From: Dicyema japonicum
Lineage: Eukaryota > Animalia > Dicyemida
Direction of reading: 5' to 3'
DNA length: 64,000 bases
NCBI GenBank assembly: GCA_011109175.1
Contig: RDEW01000013.1
Location: 351,476 to 415,475, forward strand
A model generated the notes under the pieces. The model was not told the origin of the DNA. It saw only the letters and a program-made list of their open reading frames with translations, and did not search any database. Below, in pieces: positions 46,340 to 60,107 of this stretch (position 1 is its first letter; the number at the start of each line of letters is the position of its first letter). Both the position numbers and the translations under genes were made by a program.

Positions 46340-48060
46340 AGTGCGGAGGGCCAAAGTGAAGTTAGAGTATAAGAGGAAACTCTATACACATCAAAGTCAG
46401 TGTAAGAGACAAAGAGAAAATAATCTGTTTGAGTTTAATCGCAGATTGTTTTACCGTCGCCTACACGAAAATGGTCATAGTGTATGTTCCCTGTAGGACT
46501 CGGAAATTCTTTCCACATGGGGTAGTATGTGGGAGGCTAAACCACGCAAAAATGCGTGGAATGGAAATGTGGAATTTTCGATTTTCGCAAGAAATTTGAG
46601 GCGGTAGTGAGACGTCTCCTTGATAATTTCTTTATCAAAAGATGTACTTCATTGCACGAGTCTGTGTCGTGTATTACAGAAAAATCACTAACCCGGAAAC
46701 GATTCCTGATTGGGCATGCACAGGGACAACTTATTTGATCCCAAAGCTGGACAACCCCAGTCTGCTGCAGATTATCGACCGATAACCTGTATAAAACATG
46801 CCAACCCTGTATAAACTGATGACCAAATTGGTGGCTAATAACGTCAGGAGCTTTGAAGAAGCAAATGGGATTTTCTCCGAGAATGAGTTGGGTACTGTGC
46901 GAAATTGTCAGGGGGCAAAAGAGCAGGCTTTGATCAACAAATGCCTTTCTGTGTCTCACGGAAACTCACTTTTGTCTATGTGGGTGGATGTGAAGAAGGC
47001 TTACGATTCAGTTAATCATTCTTACTTTGTCGAGTGCCTACACAGTCTGTGTATGCCTGTGTGGTTCATCAGCTTTGTAGTGGCTGTGATGAATAGGTGG
47101 AGTATTCATCTGAACTATAATAGGCACCGGATAGGCGAGGTAAAACTCAAGAGGGGGATCCTTCAGGGAGATAGCATGTCTCCGCTGCTCTTTGTTCTCT
47201 GTTTGGAGCCATTGAGTCGCCGCCTCAATGACCGGTTTGAGCAAATACCAGTTCATTGTGAGGGGGTTTGTTTCAGTACAAATCACCTTCTTTTTATCGA
47301 TGACTGAAGATGTATGCTCGAACAGCCGAAGAGCTCTACTCCATGGGGGTCTGTGCCAGGGAATTCTTTGAGAGTATAGGACTAGATTTGAATTATTCCA
47401 AGCTACATACACGCAAGTATGTAGCGAGTTAGTATGAGTCCTAGAGGAACACGAAGGATGTAAGTATCTTGGTGTTACCGAATCTCCAAAGTCCTTTATA
47501 ATGCTTGAGACAAAGAGACAAATTACAGAAGGCATCCGTAAAAGAGCAGCGTTATTGTGTAAGACGTCTCTAAATGCAAGGAATTTGTTCCTAGCATTGA
47601 AAGAGTATGCTGTCTCGCTGCTAAACTACTACATAAATGTTGTGGAGTTTGAGCCCAAAGAGTATGAAGAGATGGATGTTATGATCCGTGGAGTATTCAG
47701 AGAGAACCATGTCTATGTGCTAGCAGCTAATAAAGAGAGACTATATTTACCCCGTGATAAATTCGGTTGTGGACTGTGTGGAGTAGTCCAACTAAGTGAG
47801 CGTATCCTAATGCGAATGCACGACACCCTGATAGCTGGGTCAAGTGTGTCTGCTAGGAAGCACGCCATAATAACGACCGAGAAAACACGGGCAACCCACC
47901 TAGGCACTATCAGACCTTTTTTGTCTGTTAAGTATGGTGTTGATAATTGTGGACAAGTAAATGTGAAGGCGTTGATCGAATTACAATATAATGATTTGAT
48001 GGAAAAGATCAACTTAAAAAGCCTTCATTCATAAGGTCCTCTTCAGAGCATTGAACAACC
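46340..48060 (+). mobile_element. R4/Dong-like RLE-type retrotransposon RT region, degraded, 3'-truncated
   Basis: DYRPITC, GAKEQALIN, DVKKAYDSV, GILQGDSMSPLLF, NHLLFIDD; homologous to 52805-54466. Confidence 0.85.
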
Positions 48061-48079
48061 CAGAGAATTAGTGTATAGA

Positions 48080-48450
48080 ATAGAGGGCAGCTCGGTAAAC
48101 TAGCCTCCTTTAAGAGTTTCCGTTGTAATTCGATTAAAAAATTTTCAATGGGCTGGATTTTGTATTCTGGTCCAATTATCATTATTGCGGTTCAATGAGG
48201 AGGATCGTGAAATCTGCATTACCCACGGAGGACTTGCATACGTCATCGTGGGTCAGATTAATTGTTCATAATCCACCAGTTTGGTCTCTAAGTATTTTTG
48301 AGAACACTTTTGAAATTCTCATTTTCCTCAGAGCATAAGTTACAATGTTCTCAACATGTCGGATAAAGGTGAGTCCCTGATCAAAGGTGACTTTCAGAAT
48401 TTTCGGTGTTTTGTTAATAGGAATAGATTTGTTCTTCATAAAGATTTTTG
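48080..48450 (-). mobile_element. Fragment of the 11585-14448 LINE family
   Basis: Reverse complement aligns with 13860-14230 (KIFMKN..INKTPKIL.VTFDQGLTFIRHVEN). Confidence 0.85.
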
Positions 48451-48489
48451 TGATATTTATAACTATTTTAATTTAATAAAATGGGGAAG

Positions 48490-49680
48490 ATACGTCTTTG
48501 GTTTTTGAAAATGAAATTATTAAATCAAAAACGGGGGTCCAACAAGGAGATCCGCTCGGACCTCTATTATTTGCCTTGATCATTGATGAGGTTGTGAGTT
48601 CAATTGATGCTCAGCTAAATCTCTGGTACCTCGATGATGCCCACAATTGGAGGATCGTTCAAAGAAACATACAATTCATTACGTAAAGCGTTACCCGCTT
48701 TAAAACATTTGGGCTTGGACATCAATGTTAACAAATCAGAGCTAATAAATGTCTCATATCCATACACTGACTTCCTCTCTATCAAGGAGTCTTTTAACGA
48801 ACTGCTTCCTGGGATCCCGACTGTGCCAGTTGATAAATTATATTTCCTCGGATGCCCACTCAGCGAAGAAGAACTCAAGAACCATCTACTTTCCAAAAAT
48901 GAAGAATTAACACGCCTTGCGAAAAGATTATGTCTCGACTCTCACACATCTTTCTTCCTGATGAGAAACAACATCGGACTACCCAAGCTTTTATATCTAC
49001 TCCGATGTTCACTCTGCTACGAACAATATGACATTCTACTTTCAATAGACAAGTCTCTCAAGCAAATTGTTGAGTCACTAATTAACGTCCGCTTCGACGA
49101 ACTTGGTTGGAAACAATGTAAGCTTCCCTCTGGATTTGGGGGTGTCGGAATAAGGTCGGCGCTGGAGGTTGCGTACCCGGCATATCTATCGAAAAGGAAC
49201 GGGTCCGGACTCAAAATCCCCGAAGACACAACAAAGCAAAGTAATTGGGATAACATTGTCTGCTCTGGAAGACCTTAAAAAAGAAGCAAATCAACATCGT
49301 CTGGCTTTCAACACGCAAATCAACACGTTCTCAAGCACGAACATTTTTAAATCGGTTCAGACACCTGGAGCAGCTGCTTCGACTGCGGAGAACCTAAAAA
49401 TCAAGAAATATTCTTGTCTCGGGGATCGCTACCGATTTACTCCTGTTGCGAACGAATCATCGAGAGCCGTTGGTCCAATGACGGCTGAGTTCTTGCGAGA
49501 ACTCGGAGGATTGCTTGCCAGAAAGAAAATGGATCAACGAGAAGGGTTATGGCTAAGACAAAAGATTGGAATAGCCATACTCCGAGGGAACTCGTTCGCA
49601 ATCCACGCAGCAGGCTTCCTCAACTGACATTTGTTTAATTGTTAAAAACATTTTTTGTATAAAAAAAATTTAATAAAAAA
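48490..49680 (+). mobile_element. CRE-like non-LTR element, 5'-truncated and internally deleted
   Basis: TGVQQGDPLGPLLFAL, WYLDD, LP..FGGVGIR, GAAASTAE..K..KY, QKIGIAILRGN; A-rich tail. Confidence 0.82.
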
Positions 49681-49730
49681 GCTAGTACTTAAATAAAAAC
49701 ATAATATAAATAAAATAGTTTTGAATAGTT

Positions 49731-52700
49731 ATGAATTCCAATGAAGTAAGACACAAGTACAGTTTATTAGATCCATCTTGGGAAAAGCAACAAAAAAGAG
49801 TAACGAATTTTCAAACATATTCTACTAGGCATTCACTCACTGGTGTAATTCTCATTTGAGTAGAGTAAATGAAAAAATAGAATGTTTTGATACTGATTTT
49901 ATGGACGGACATGCTTTAATAAAATTACTTGAAGTGATTTCAGGGGAAAATCTACAAAAACCTGAGGACAAGGCGACGAGACTTCATAAAATCATCAATG
50001 TAAGCATTGCCCTCAAATTTATCAAAGAATGTGGAGTAAAACTAATATCAATTGGTGCTGAATGTAAATAATCAACATAATTTTAGATATTGTAAACGGA
50101 GACGTAAAAATGACATTAGGATTGATTTGGAGTATAATTCTTAGATTTTCCATTCAAAATATTCACTTCGATGGCATTCATGTTTTTTAATTTTCAGAAA
50201 TATCAGCAAAAAAAGGACTTTTACATTGGTGCCAACGAAAAGTAGACGGATACAGTGGAGTTGATATTCAAGATTTTCGTACCAGGCTCTCCTAGGTGTG
50301 ATATTTAGTTTTATGGATGGAATGGCATTTGCAGCGCTTATTCATAGTCACAGACCAGATTTGATCGATTTTAGTAAATATGATGTTTTGTATTTTTTAT
50401 AATCGCAGAAACAACATCCTCAATACAATCTAAAAGAAACCTTCATCATTGCCGATAAATATCTTGACATTCCAAAAATGTTTGACGTCGAAGGTTTAAG
50501 GGTGAATATTATTAGACTTTCTGTCTGGACAAATTGACGAAATCTCTATTATAACCTATGTGTCTATGTTTTACCACCGATTCACCTCAGAACAGAAGGT
50601 ACATTGATATAATTTATTGACAGCTTAATAAAGCTTCCGAGAGAACTTCTATAGCATTAAAGACTAGTAAGGAAACAGAACAGATGACTAAAGATTGGAT
50701 TAACCTCAGCACTAGAGTAATCACTCAGTGGTTGATTTAGTTGTTTGAATGGATTCAGAGATCTGTTCTATATTTGAGTGATAGACCAGAAGAAAACTGC
50801 CTTGATAAAGCATATGAAATATTGAACAATTACACCAACCATTTCTTCAATGAGAAGCCATTATACTACACTAAGAAATTAGAATTGGAGAATATGCATA
50901 ATATTCTTCAAACACGATTTAAATTATCTGGAAAGGCCTCCTTTTCTCAAAAACAAGTCAAACTTATTTGTGTACTCAACATTTTTATTTGTAGGATATT
51001 CAACAGGAATGGAGTAAACTTGACGTACCGAGAAGTGTTTCGAGGAATGGTTATTCAGATATATTGATATGTATTATTTTGTGACAAATTAGGCTTGAAT
51101 TCTTTGCACAACTAGAAAATAAGTTCAACAAACGATGCTCGGTTTACGAAGGTTGGCTGAAAGAAAATATTTCAGAATTACGAAAACTTGATTCTCAACA
51201 ACTCAGCTTCGAAAATATTAAAGTATCTTTATAATAATTTCAGCCAACAATAAACGTGGCAACGATTATGAAGGATGGACTGTTTTTGAATAAATCAGAA
51301 TGTGACCCACTTACTGATATTTCAGAAATGGCTGAGTTCCTCAGGTTAGATTAGAGATCACCACTCTAGGGATCATCAGTTCTATGACATGGACTCTATA
51401 AATCGTCGTGAACAAAATCTGATCACGTTGCGAGAATTTGTATACAACTCTTGTCTAAGTGTTATCGATCAGTTTGAGGTTACACCCCCACTTGATAATT
51501 TTAGAGATTATATAGCATTTTGGAAGAGGAAATGGGCTTTTGCTTGACTATGCTAGGAAAGTTATGGTCTTTACTGTTTTATATTTGTAGGAATTTAAAA
51601 AATGGCTGGATTCTGTGCTAGAAGAGCTCGAGGATACTCCCATAGTCAATAATGAAGACCAAGTCAATGATATGATTGACTCCCATCGAGAATTTGAGGA
51701 TAGTCTCCCTACAGCAAAATCACGATTAGATGAAATACAAACATTGGTTTTGAAAATTCGCAGTTTTTCTGATGGAACCAACCTCACAAAATTGGAAGAA
51801 ACAACTTTTTCCACCACTACCTTTGAGGTTTACTACACTTACATAATGTAGTCCATCCTTTCTGACTGGGACAAAATGAACAATCTCCGTGTTGTTAGAC
51901 TACAAACATTGGAAAAGGAAGCTGCACATCATAAACATGTTATCACAAGCACATAATATTAGATCAAAGCAGTCAAGGATGAATTGATGAATTCTTCTAT
52001 CAAAGTGAATGATTGGGTTACAATGATGACTGAAATACTTAACCAAATCAATGACATCAATTCTGTTAGTCTTGAGCCTGAATTGGAGTATTTAAAGGCA
52101 TGCGAGAGTGAGTTGGTTCAATTCAAATGTCAAGTTGACAAATTAGAAGCCAATTATGAGGTAATGCCATGTCATTTATGGTTATTCAGAAACTTTTAGA
52201 CTTGAAAGTGAGTGACATACGGAATTTGGGTTATTCGGTTGATAAACTTGTAATCGACTACAAAAACCTATGTTCATTTGTATTGTCTGCATGTAAGAAT
52301 ATGAAGAACATTGTCAAACATCAGATATTTATAAGACTTGCTTCGAATATTTTGATAATGACCGTGATCACAAACTTAATTACATTGACTTTAAGAATTG
52401 CCTCATATCACTTGGTTACGGCGTAAAAGATGTAAATTAATAATTTTAAAGGATAAGGATTTCAATGATCTGGTAAAACAATTAGATAAAGATAACTTGG
52501 GGTACGTCACATTCTCGACTTACTTAGAATTTGTGGCATCATCCAAAAATGATAACAATTTATTACATTATTTCCGACTGATTGCTAATGATAAAGTATA
52601 TAATTTGTAAACCCTTAGCCTTATATTACTGAGGAGATATTGAGGAACAATTTGAGCTCCCAAGAAGCAGAATATTACATCAGAAACATGCCAGTCTACT

Positions 52701-52780
52701 CAAAGCCTGTAGATGCTCCGAATCCATTAGACTATGTTACATTTTTGTTATCACTTTACCGGGATTCTACTGAAAAATGA
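49731..52780 (+). CDS. ACTN: Alpha-actinin (CH1-CH2, spectrin repeats, EF hands), about 20 introns of 20-30 nt
   Basis: [78 protein letters not shown]. Confidence 0.95.
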
Positions 52781-52804
52781 ATTTTCACTAGCATTTAATA
52801 TTAA

Positions 52805-54466
52805 CACCCCACTTTATTTAACAAACAATAAAAAAGTTAATATATTTAATCAACAACCTTCCTCGCCTGCCTGTTCGCCAGCCTCCTCAGGCAGGTTCGA
52901 TTCTGGTTGCTGAAACAACTCCGAGAGCGCCTTGTCTAATTGAACCCTCTGCCCATATGGCATCTCAGGGCTCTGCCTCCTATACTCCGGTGTCAGCTCT
53001 CTAGGGTCCGCTTTAACACAGTGGACTGTAGATAGGCCTGGAGCTTCCTATCTACCCCCAACTGCTTCAGATAACCCTTGTGGTACTTTGTTGCAATTCC
53101 TTCCCACGTCATTACTATAGGAATAACGAGGACCTTGCAACCAAGCATCTGCCCCATCTCGTTTGCAAGAAAGTCATACTTCCTTTTTTCTCCACCTCCA
53201 CAGTCTGCAAACGGTCTTGAGACGTGATGCCAACCTCTATGATAAGGACTTGGCCAGACTCCTTATCGTGTACCACAATGTCCGGTTTATTGTGCTTGAC
53301 TAGCACGAGGTACGGATAACACTGTCTATCTTAATTTGGACCCTAGTGTTCTCTACTACAGATTGCACCTTATGAGTCCGCAACTTTCTGGTGTGGCGAA
53401 TACCATACTTATTGCATAGTAGAAGATGAAGACTCCTTACTACCTCGTTATGCCTCCACACATAGTCGTGGCAGAGCATGGATCCACATCGAGTGGCTAA
53501 ATGATCAACCGACATGCTCCTTGACTTACAGTGGGGACATGTATTTGTTGATCGACCCCAAAAAATATTGCGGTCTTGCATATACGTGTACAACGCCTCC
53601 GATCGAGGTGAGTTGTCACCGTATTTTAGCCATATTGTCGACGACTTAAGGTCGACATGTGGGTTGTCCAATGCTCTGAAGAGGACCTTATGAAGGCTTT
53701 TTAAGTTGATCTTTTCCATCAAATTATTATATTGTAATTCGATCAACGCCTTCACATTTACTAGCCCACCATCATCAACACCATACTTAGCAGACAAAAA
53801 AGGTCTGATAGTGCCTAGGTGGGTTGCCCGTGTTTTCTCGGTCGTTATTATGGCGTGCTTCCTAGCAGACACACTTGACCCAGCTATCAGGGTGTCGTGC
53901 ATTCGCATTAGGATGCGCTCACTTAGTTGGACTACTCCACACAGTCCACGGCCGAATTTATCACGGGGTAAATATAGTCTCTCCTTATTGGCTGCCAACA
54001 CATGGACATGGTTCTCTCTGAGTACTCCACGGATCATAACATCCATCTCATCATACTCTTTGGGTTCAAACTCCACAACACCTATGTAGTAGTTTAGCAG
54101 CGAGTCAGCATACTCATTTAATGCTAGGAACAAATTCCTTGCATTTAGAGACGTCTTACACAATAACGCTGCTCTATAACGGATGCCTTCAGTAATTTGT
54201 CGCTTTGTCTCAGGCATTATAAGGGACTTTGGAGATTCGGTAACACCCAGATACTTATATCATTCGTGTTCCTCTAGGACTCTTACTAACTCGCTACATA
54301 CTTGCGTGTTAGTCGCAGACTTTGAATAATTCAAATCTAGCCCTATACTCTCAAAGAATTCCCTGGCACAGACCCCCATGGAGTAGAGCTCCTCGGCTGT
54401 TCGAGCATACATCTTCAGTCATCGATAAAAAGAAGGTGATTTGTACTGAAACAGACCCCTTCTTTC
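52805..54466 (-). mobile_element. 5'-truncated R4/Dong-like element (RT end, CCHC, PD..E endonuclease) in the alpha-actinin 3' UTR
   Basis: 13-nt TSD CATTTAATATTAA (52792-52804; 54467-54479); CPHC..VDHLATRC..RHNEV; KPDIVV..IIEV. Confidence 0.92.
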
Positions 54467-54624
54467 CATTTAATATTAATAAAATATATTTAATTTTTTA
54501 ATATAAATTTTTTAAATAAAATAAAGGGTAAATCTGCGAGTTATAGCAAACTTGATCCCATCCATGAAACGATGAGTCCTCCTGGTACGATAAATTAGTC
54601 GAAAGAGATCTTCCTACCTTCCCC

Positions 54625-55730
54625 ATTTATTTAGAACCCCGGGATAACATGGAAAGAAAGACAGAAATAACAGTTAGGTGATCCCATATAACACAATCAA
54701 GTTGGCCATCAAATGTTTGTGGTCTCCATTTTGCCAACTACAGACCAAAAGTACCTTCTCTCACCCTTTAATATAATTTAATTTGAGATGAGAACTTTGT
54801 CAGTTTTCTTTTACCTTTGAATAGGACATCGGGTTTCTATCTTTTTAACAAATATGGAGGAATCCACATCTACTTCCGTAAGTAGGGGAGCGATTGATGA
54901 TCCAGTTTGCGGACCCTCCATACGAATAGTTGTTCGATAAAGGGAATTGACCACACAATTTAGTAGTTGCTTGATGGGGAGAGAGGTTAGGTATGTTGGT
55001 TACAATTGTAAGTAGTTTTCTTTACGAGAAAGTAATTACGTCCTGAACATTCGAGTATTTCTCCTGATATCTCTTTTTGTTCTCAGAGTAGCTCTTAACA
55101 CTCATTGGGAAGTTCTCTGTGAGCTTCCAATAGATTATAACCCTATTATAATAACCATAAACCAACATCCCATGAACATGAGGAGACGAAGATCTATGTA
55201 AGTGTAAATGTGGAAAATGGGGTTTCTGTAGGAATGAGACTTAACTTGTTGGACTTTTCTTTTAGATCCTTCCAGTCTTTTGAACCCGCTGTTAGTCCTT
55301 CACAAATTGTCTAAAACCAACTGACCACCTACCCTGGGAATCAAAAATTAGAAACCATTTCTAATGCTGATTTCTAGCACATCCTTTTGTTATTGGTCGG
55401 TTTTAAAAATGGTATATGAAGATTTTTCCGTGGATATGAAAGTCTGTTGAAGACAGCCAAACCACCAGGTCGTTTATTTGTGACTGAAATTCTGATTTTG
55501 CTATATCCATGTAAGTATTGAAGCAGGTCCTCCGAGGCAGAGTAAGTCGTTTAAGAATAAGTTAAAATGCGCCGGAGACAGAGTGATACCATTCTAGAGG
55601 AAAAAGATATTGAATGACTTATACACGTCCTTTTCGTCGGGTGATAATCCATCATTTTAAAGTCGGATGAATGGGGCATTGAAGACCTTTTTTCATTAGT
55701 AGGATTCTCTGGACTGAATCAAACGCCGGG
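54625..55730 (-). mobile_element. Degraded LINE 3' part with family tail
   Basis: AFDSV..LSP..FNLFLND; tail gggatcac...gttatcccggggttctaaataaat. Confidence 0.7.
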
Positions 55731-56387
55731 ATAATAAGAAAGTTATACTAAACTCTTATAATATAATGGAATAAAAGTAATCAATACTAAACAGAATTTA
55801 TTGTATAAGTTTATTCAAAAATTATTGTATAACTAATATTAATTTATTGGGAGAACCAATTATTCGAAATTAGATCAAATAATTCCAATGACCACCGTAA
55901 CACCAAACAACTACTCACGTGATCTTAACAAGTTCTAAAGAGACCTCAACATCCATAAAGACCCACACAAGCCCGCATCGGACGTATAACCGAATGGTCC
56001 AAGTCGCACGGGCACGTTCTTCTGTTCTTACGGATTAAAGATTCCAGAGGCACTGGAGATGGGAAGTTTCCATAAGTCCATCATTCCTTAATTTTAAAAG
56101 TTCCTTTTTGGTTAGCTATTCAAGCAATTTGTCGAGAAAATGAATGGACCCATGTGGCTTATGCGTAAGTAACAATATATTGGTTGTAGATTGTTTTCAA
56201 AATAGGGTTTTTCCGATTCTACATAACCCAGAGAGACATTTCAACACGTCAGTCTTCTTTTCACGTTTATTTAATTTAGTTAATTCTTAAATAAAATACT
56301 ATCCACAATTTTTATCTTTATTAGATTTTTTAGTATTAATAAAACTTTATTTAAAATTATTAAACTTTAATTTTTTGTTCTTTTTTG

Positions 56388-57233
56388 ATGTGTGTCAGGT
56401 CGGGTGTTAATTTCTGGGCCCAACAACTTGAAGCAATTCCAAATATTAATGAGCATGCAGAGATTATAACATTGAGGTAATTTAGTCTCAAACTAATAGT
56501 TGTAACAAAATAAATGATATTTCAAAATTATCAAATTATTGTTGCCTAAAGGAATTATTTTTAAGGAATAATTTAATTTGTGATTTAAACGAAATCAGAT
56601 ATCTCACTGGACTTTGTAACTTGGAGACACTTTCCTTGTCTGGTATTAGTATTTATATTTTAAAGGAAACCCTATTTTTAATCAATTAAATTACCGGGAA
56701 ACTGTTATCCGAAATTTACCAATGTTAAAACGTCTTGATGAAATTGGTTGTCTCATAACTTACACAAGTCATTACTAAAGAAGAAAGAGAGACGGCCAAT
56801 CAGAATGGCTTGAATTTAAACGAATCATTAGTTGAGTCTGAACAGTTGGAGATTAGTGACCTAGAGTTTGTCACCCTCGATGAGATTGAACTTGAATTGA
56901 ATGGATTAGACTCACCTGGAGAGAGCATTGAATTTGAAATTCCTAAGCAAGTGACATTATCTGGCCTTTCATCAAAGCCATCAATCCAAGAAACCGTAGA
57001 GAAAGCAAAGTGGACATTAAATATTTACTTTATTAGCGCTCTGAGAGCCGAGTTGAATATCCCACCTTTAATATTAGAGAGCAGTCCCTTCCAAGAAGAA
57101 ACAAATTACGATAAGCAAGTATTTGTAAATCACACTGTAGTACTCTTCTACCTTATCTGCGATTTTGTTGTTATTGAGACAAATATCTGATGAAGAATTG
57201 GTCATTTTGAAGGATAAAGTTAATAAATTGTGA
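56388..57233 (+). CDS. CFAP410: CFAP410/C21orf2-like LRR protein
   Basis: NFW..L..EIITLSCNKI..LKELFLRNNLI.DLNEIRYL..L..LSLSGNP..YRETVIRNLP.LKRLD; C-terminal STLSAILLLLRQI. N-terminal exons are missing from the ORF track. Confidence 0.85.
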
Positions 57234-57276
57234 TTATATATTTTTATTTTTGCTATTAATTTTATTCACCAGATTA

Positions 57277-60067
57277 ATGATATTTACTTTTAACAAACCA
57301 CGATGGGGAACATGGATCCGGACCGACTCCTCTGGAAATCTTCATGCGGCTAGATTCCGGGATGATTCAAAGCACCTCTGCAAACAGCCTGATACGTACA
57401 TGTGTGGGATTGAGAGAGGAATATTGGGAGTTTCGATTTTTGACCGTGGTCTTGGGGTGTTTAAATAAAATAAACAGTTCTTCCCTCCCTTTACCAGTCG
57501 CAATCCCGAATAATGGGCCCGGTTTCCTCATTTTTTGCGAATCGAACTTTTTTTGATCAGCGGTAGAAATTGCCGAAACTCGTAAATATCAAAATAAACT
57601 CACGCCTCCTCAAATTCTGCTTAAAGAGGAGAGTCGTGAATACAGAAAAGCAGTGAGAATTACTGCAAAAACCTTAGGTGCCTGTTGAGGATTATCGGGA
57701 TTATTTAATTAGTTGGTTTAACTTATTTCTTGATGTTCCTTTTTCGGGGTTGGATATTCCCAGCAATTCAATTTTAAATTTGATCAATCATCAGGTGAAA
57801 ACATGGAAACATTACGCCCATCCAGTTCAATATTGGATTGTAAATTTGTTTCTTATTTCTCTATAAAAAATGGTGACTGATTTTTTTGTATTGACCCCTA
57901 AAGTTCACAAGAAAACACTTTATAAAATCCCTGATTCAATTCTAAAAGTTAGTTTCCATGTTGAATAGTCCCCAAGAAAAAGGATTGAAAAGGTTAGAGG
58001 AGATAATATATTAAAATATTGACTTAAAGTTGTCTCCTAGTAACAATGCCAATACTTCATGTGACTTCTGAAGTTAAATTCGGAATTCTCTCGAAAACAG
58101 CCAAGGAGAACTTTCAATCAAAATTGAGAGAATATTTAAATTCAACAATAACTGACAAAAATGAATTCACAGCATCAGAGTAGTGAATTGTAATAATTTA
58201 GTTACCCATGGATGGTCACCAATAAATTTGTAGAAAAGTACAAAAACAGCAGAACCGAAAAAGAAAATCTGACAAATTTCCACGAGGCATACATAATGCT
58301 TAACAGAATCAAAAGACGACTGTCCAACGAAGACGACAAAACAGATGTCTCTCTGGGACTGATTGAGTTGACAATCCTCATGGACTGTTCCCCTACAATT
58401 TGCGATTGTTTTGATTTTAATGAATAAAGATTGCTACAACATCGCCATTTGGTACTTTAATTCATTTAAAATTCGCATTGAAATAATCCCTGCCTTATTT
58501 TACTTTGGGATTTGCTGCATTCACTCTATAATGGACAAAACAACCAAAGTGAAAGTTATAACAGCAACAGAGATTAAACTAATTAACGTATTTTGCATAA
58601 TTTATGGAAAGATTACGGAAATGGTGTTCTATCAGATATATTGCTACTTCTTGACTGACCAACTAAAGGACTACGACGAATTTATTGACAGACTGGTGCT
58701 ATACTATGAAAGTTATTGACAAATTATTTTAGATTTTAAAAATTCGATACAAATTTATTCGAATTATGGTTTCTTAAAGGCAAAGTTGAGTTTGATTGTT
58801 GATATTTTGAATGAATTGCTAAACAGTTCGGATGATGAAATGCAACAAAGTTCATGTCTCGAGAACTCTAATTTGGCTCAAAAGGTGGTGAAATTTCACA
58901 ATAAATATGCACTTATTTATCACACATTGAAATTAACAAAGACAAATTCCAATCAATTTTATAGTTTTATTGATAACTGTTCACTTTCAAAGTCCACTCA
59001 GACATCGTGGTTTCTCGAATATTTACTTTTAGGGTTTATTCACTGACAACGATGACAATTCTATCAAAATTAGCAAAAAATAGTTTATTTTGTTTCCAAC
59101 TATTTGTCACGTGTGCAAGACTGGGACTACAAAATCTGTAATTTTTGTTTAACCAAAATAGACTTGGAACAGACAACAAAGAATTGAATTGTGAAGTAAT
59201 TTTAAATTTAAATAAATTTAGGATTTTAACTATGAAATATTTTACTTTTATATAAAATTATTTATTGAAATATTTTTCTGCACAATTCAAACGAAAATCA
59301 GAAAGCGAGCATTTTTCGGAAATGAAGGAAAAGACTTTGATTTCACTGAAAAACCGTCATTAAATGAAAGTATCCAAAACTGTGGAATAATCAATTTTCT
59401 GACTTTCAATATTGGGACTGTTAAAGGTTGAGGACCGCTAATTTATTAGATGATGTCATTTGGTCGAGAATTAGGTCATTCGCCGTTTATGAGTTCACAA
59501 TGGTTGCCTATTGTAATGGAAATGACTTATTGAATGAATTCGCACGTGGCATAGTTTCTAGAGTGATCAAGCATGAAAAAAATAAACAAGGGATTGAAGC
59601 TTACAGAATCGCCTGTGTTTGTGTTTAAAATTATAGTAGGTCGTAGCTAAAATTCCCGAGTTGAACATGACCACATTCAAAGGATATTTCTCTACAAAAA
59701 TATGCACATATTTATATGATTTCGTGGAAGAGAAAAGTGACATTAAAAACTATGATAATAAAGAGAAAAGAAAAATTAATATGAAAATAAAAACTTGTGA
59801 AATAAAGAAAAAGAGTGGAAAATATCCAAACTTTAAATATTCACTGGATTTGTGGTCTCTAAAGTGGAACGAAAAGACTAATGAAATTATTAAAAGACTT
59901 GTCATAATATTAATAATTTTTAGACATTGGATGAATTTTGTAAAGACTTTGAAGAATTTGACAGTGAAATTATTTCGGATATTCTTGAGGAATACAAAGT
60001 GAATACGATAGAATCAAATTTAAAAAAAGAGAGAAAGCAAAATTATATTAACTTAATTATTCCTTAA
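57277..60067 (+). CDS. Unknown multi-exon protein (5' exon structure uncertain)
   Basis: Chain of plus-strand open exons joined by GT-AG micro-introns, ending LIIP*; no family recognised. Confidence 0.6.
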
Positions 60068-60107
60068 AACTAATAATAACACTACAAAGATAAACATAGA
60101 AAGCATA

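Noticed and set aside
57302-57537. Possible Pol III RNA with terminal stem ATGGGGAA/TTCCTCAT followed by a T-run
   Set aside because: Overlaps open frames and splice sites of the unknown gene; no RNase P/MRP or SRP motifs confirmed.
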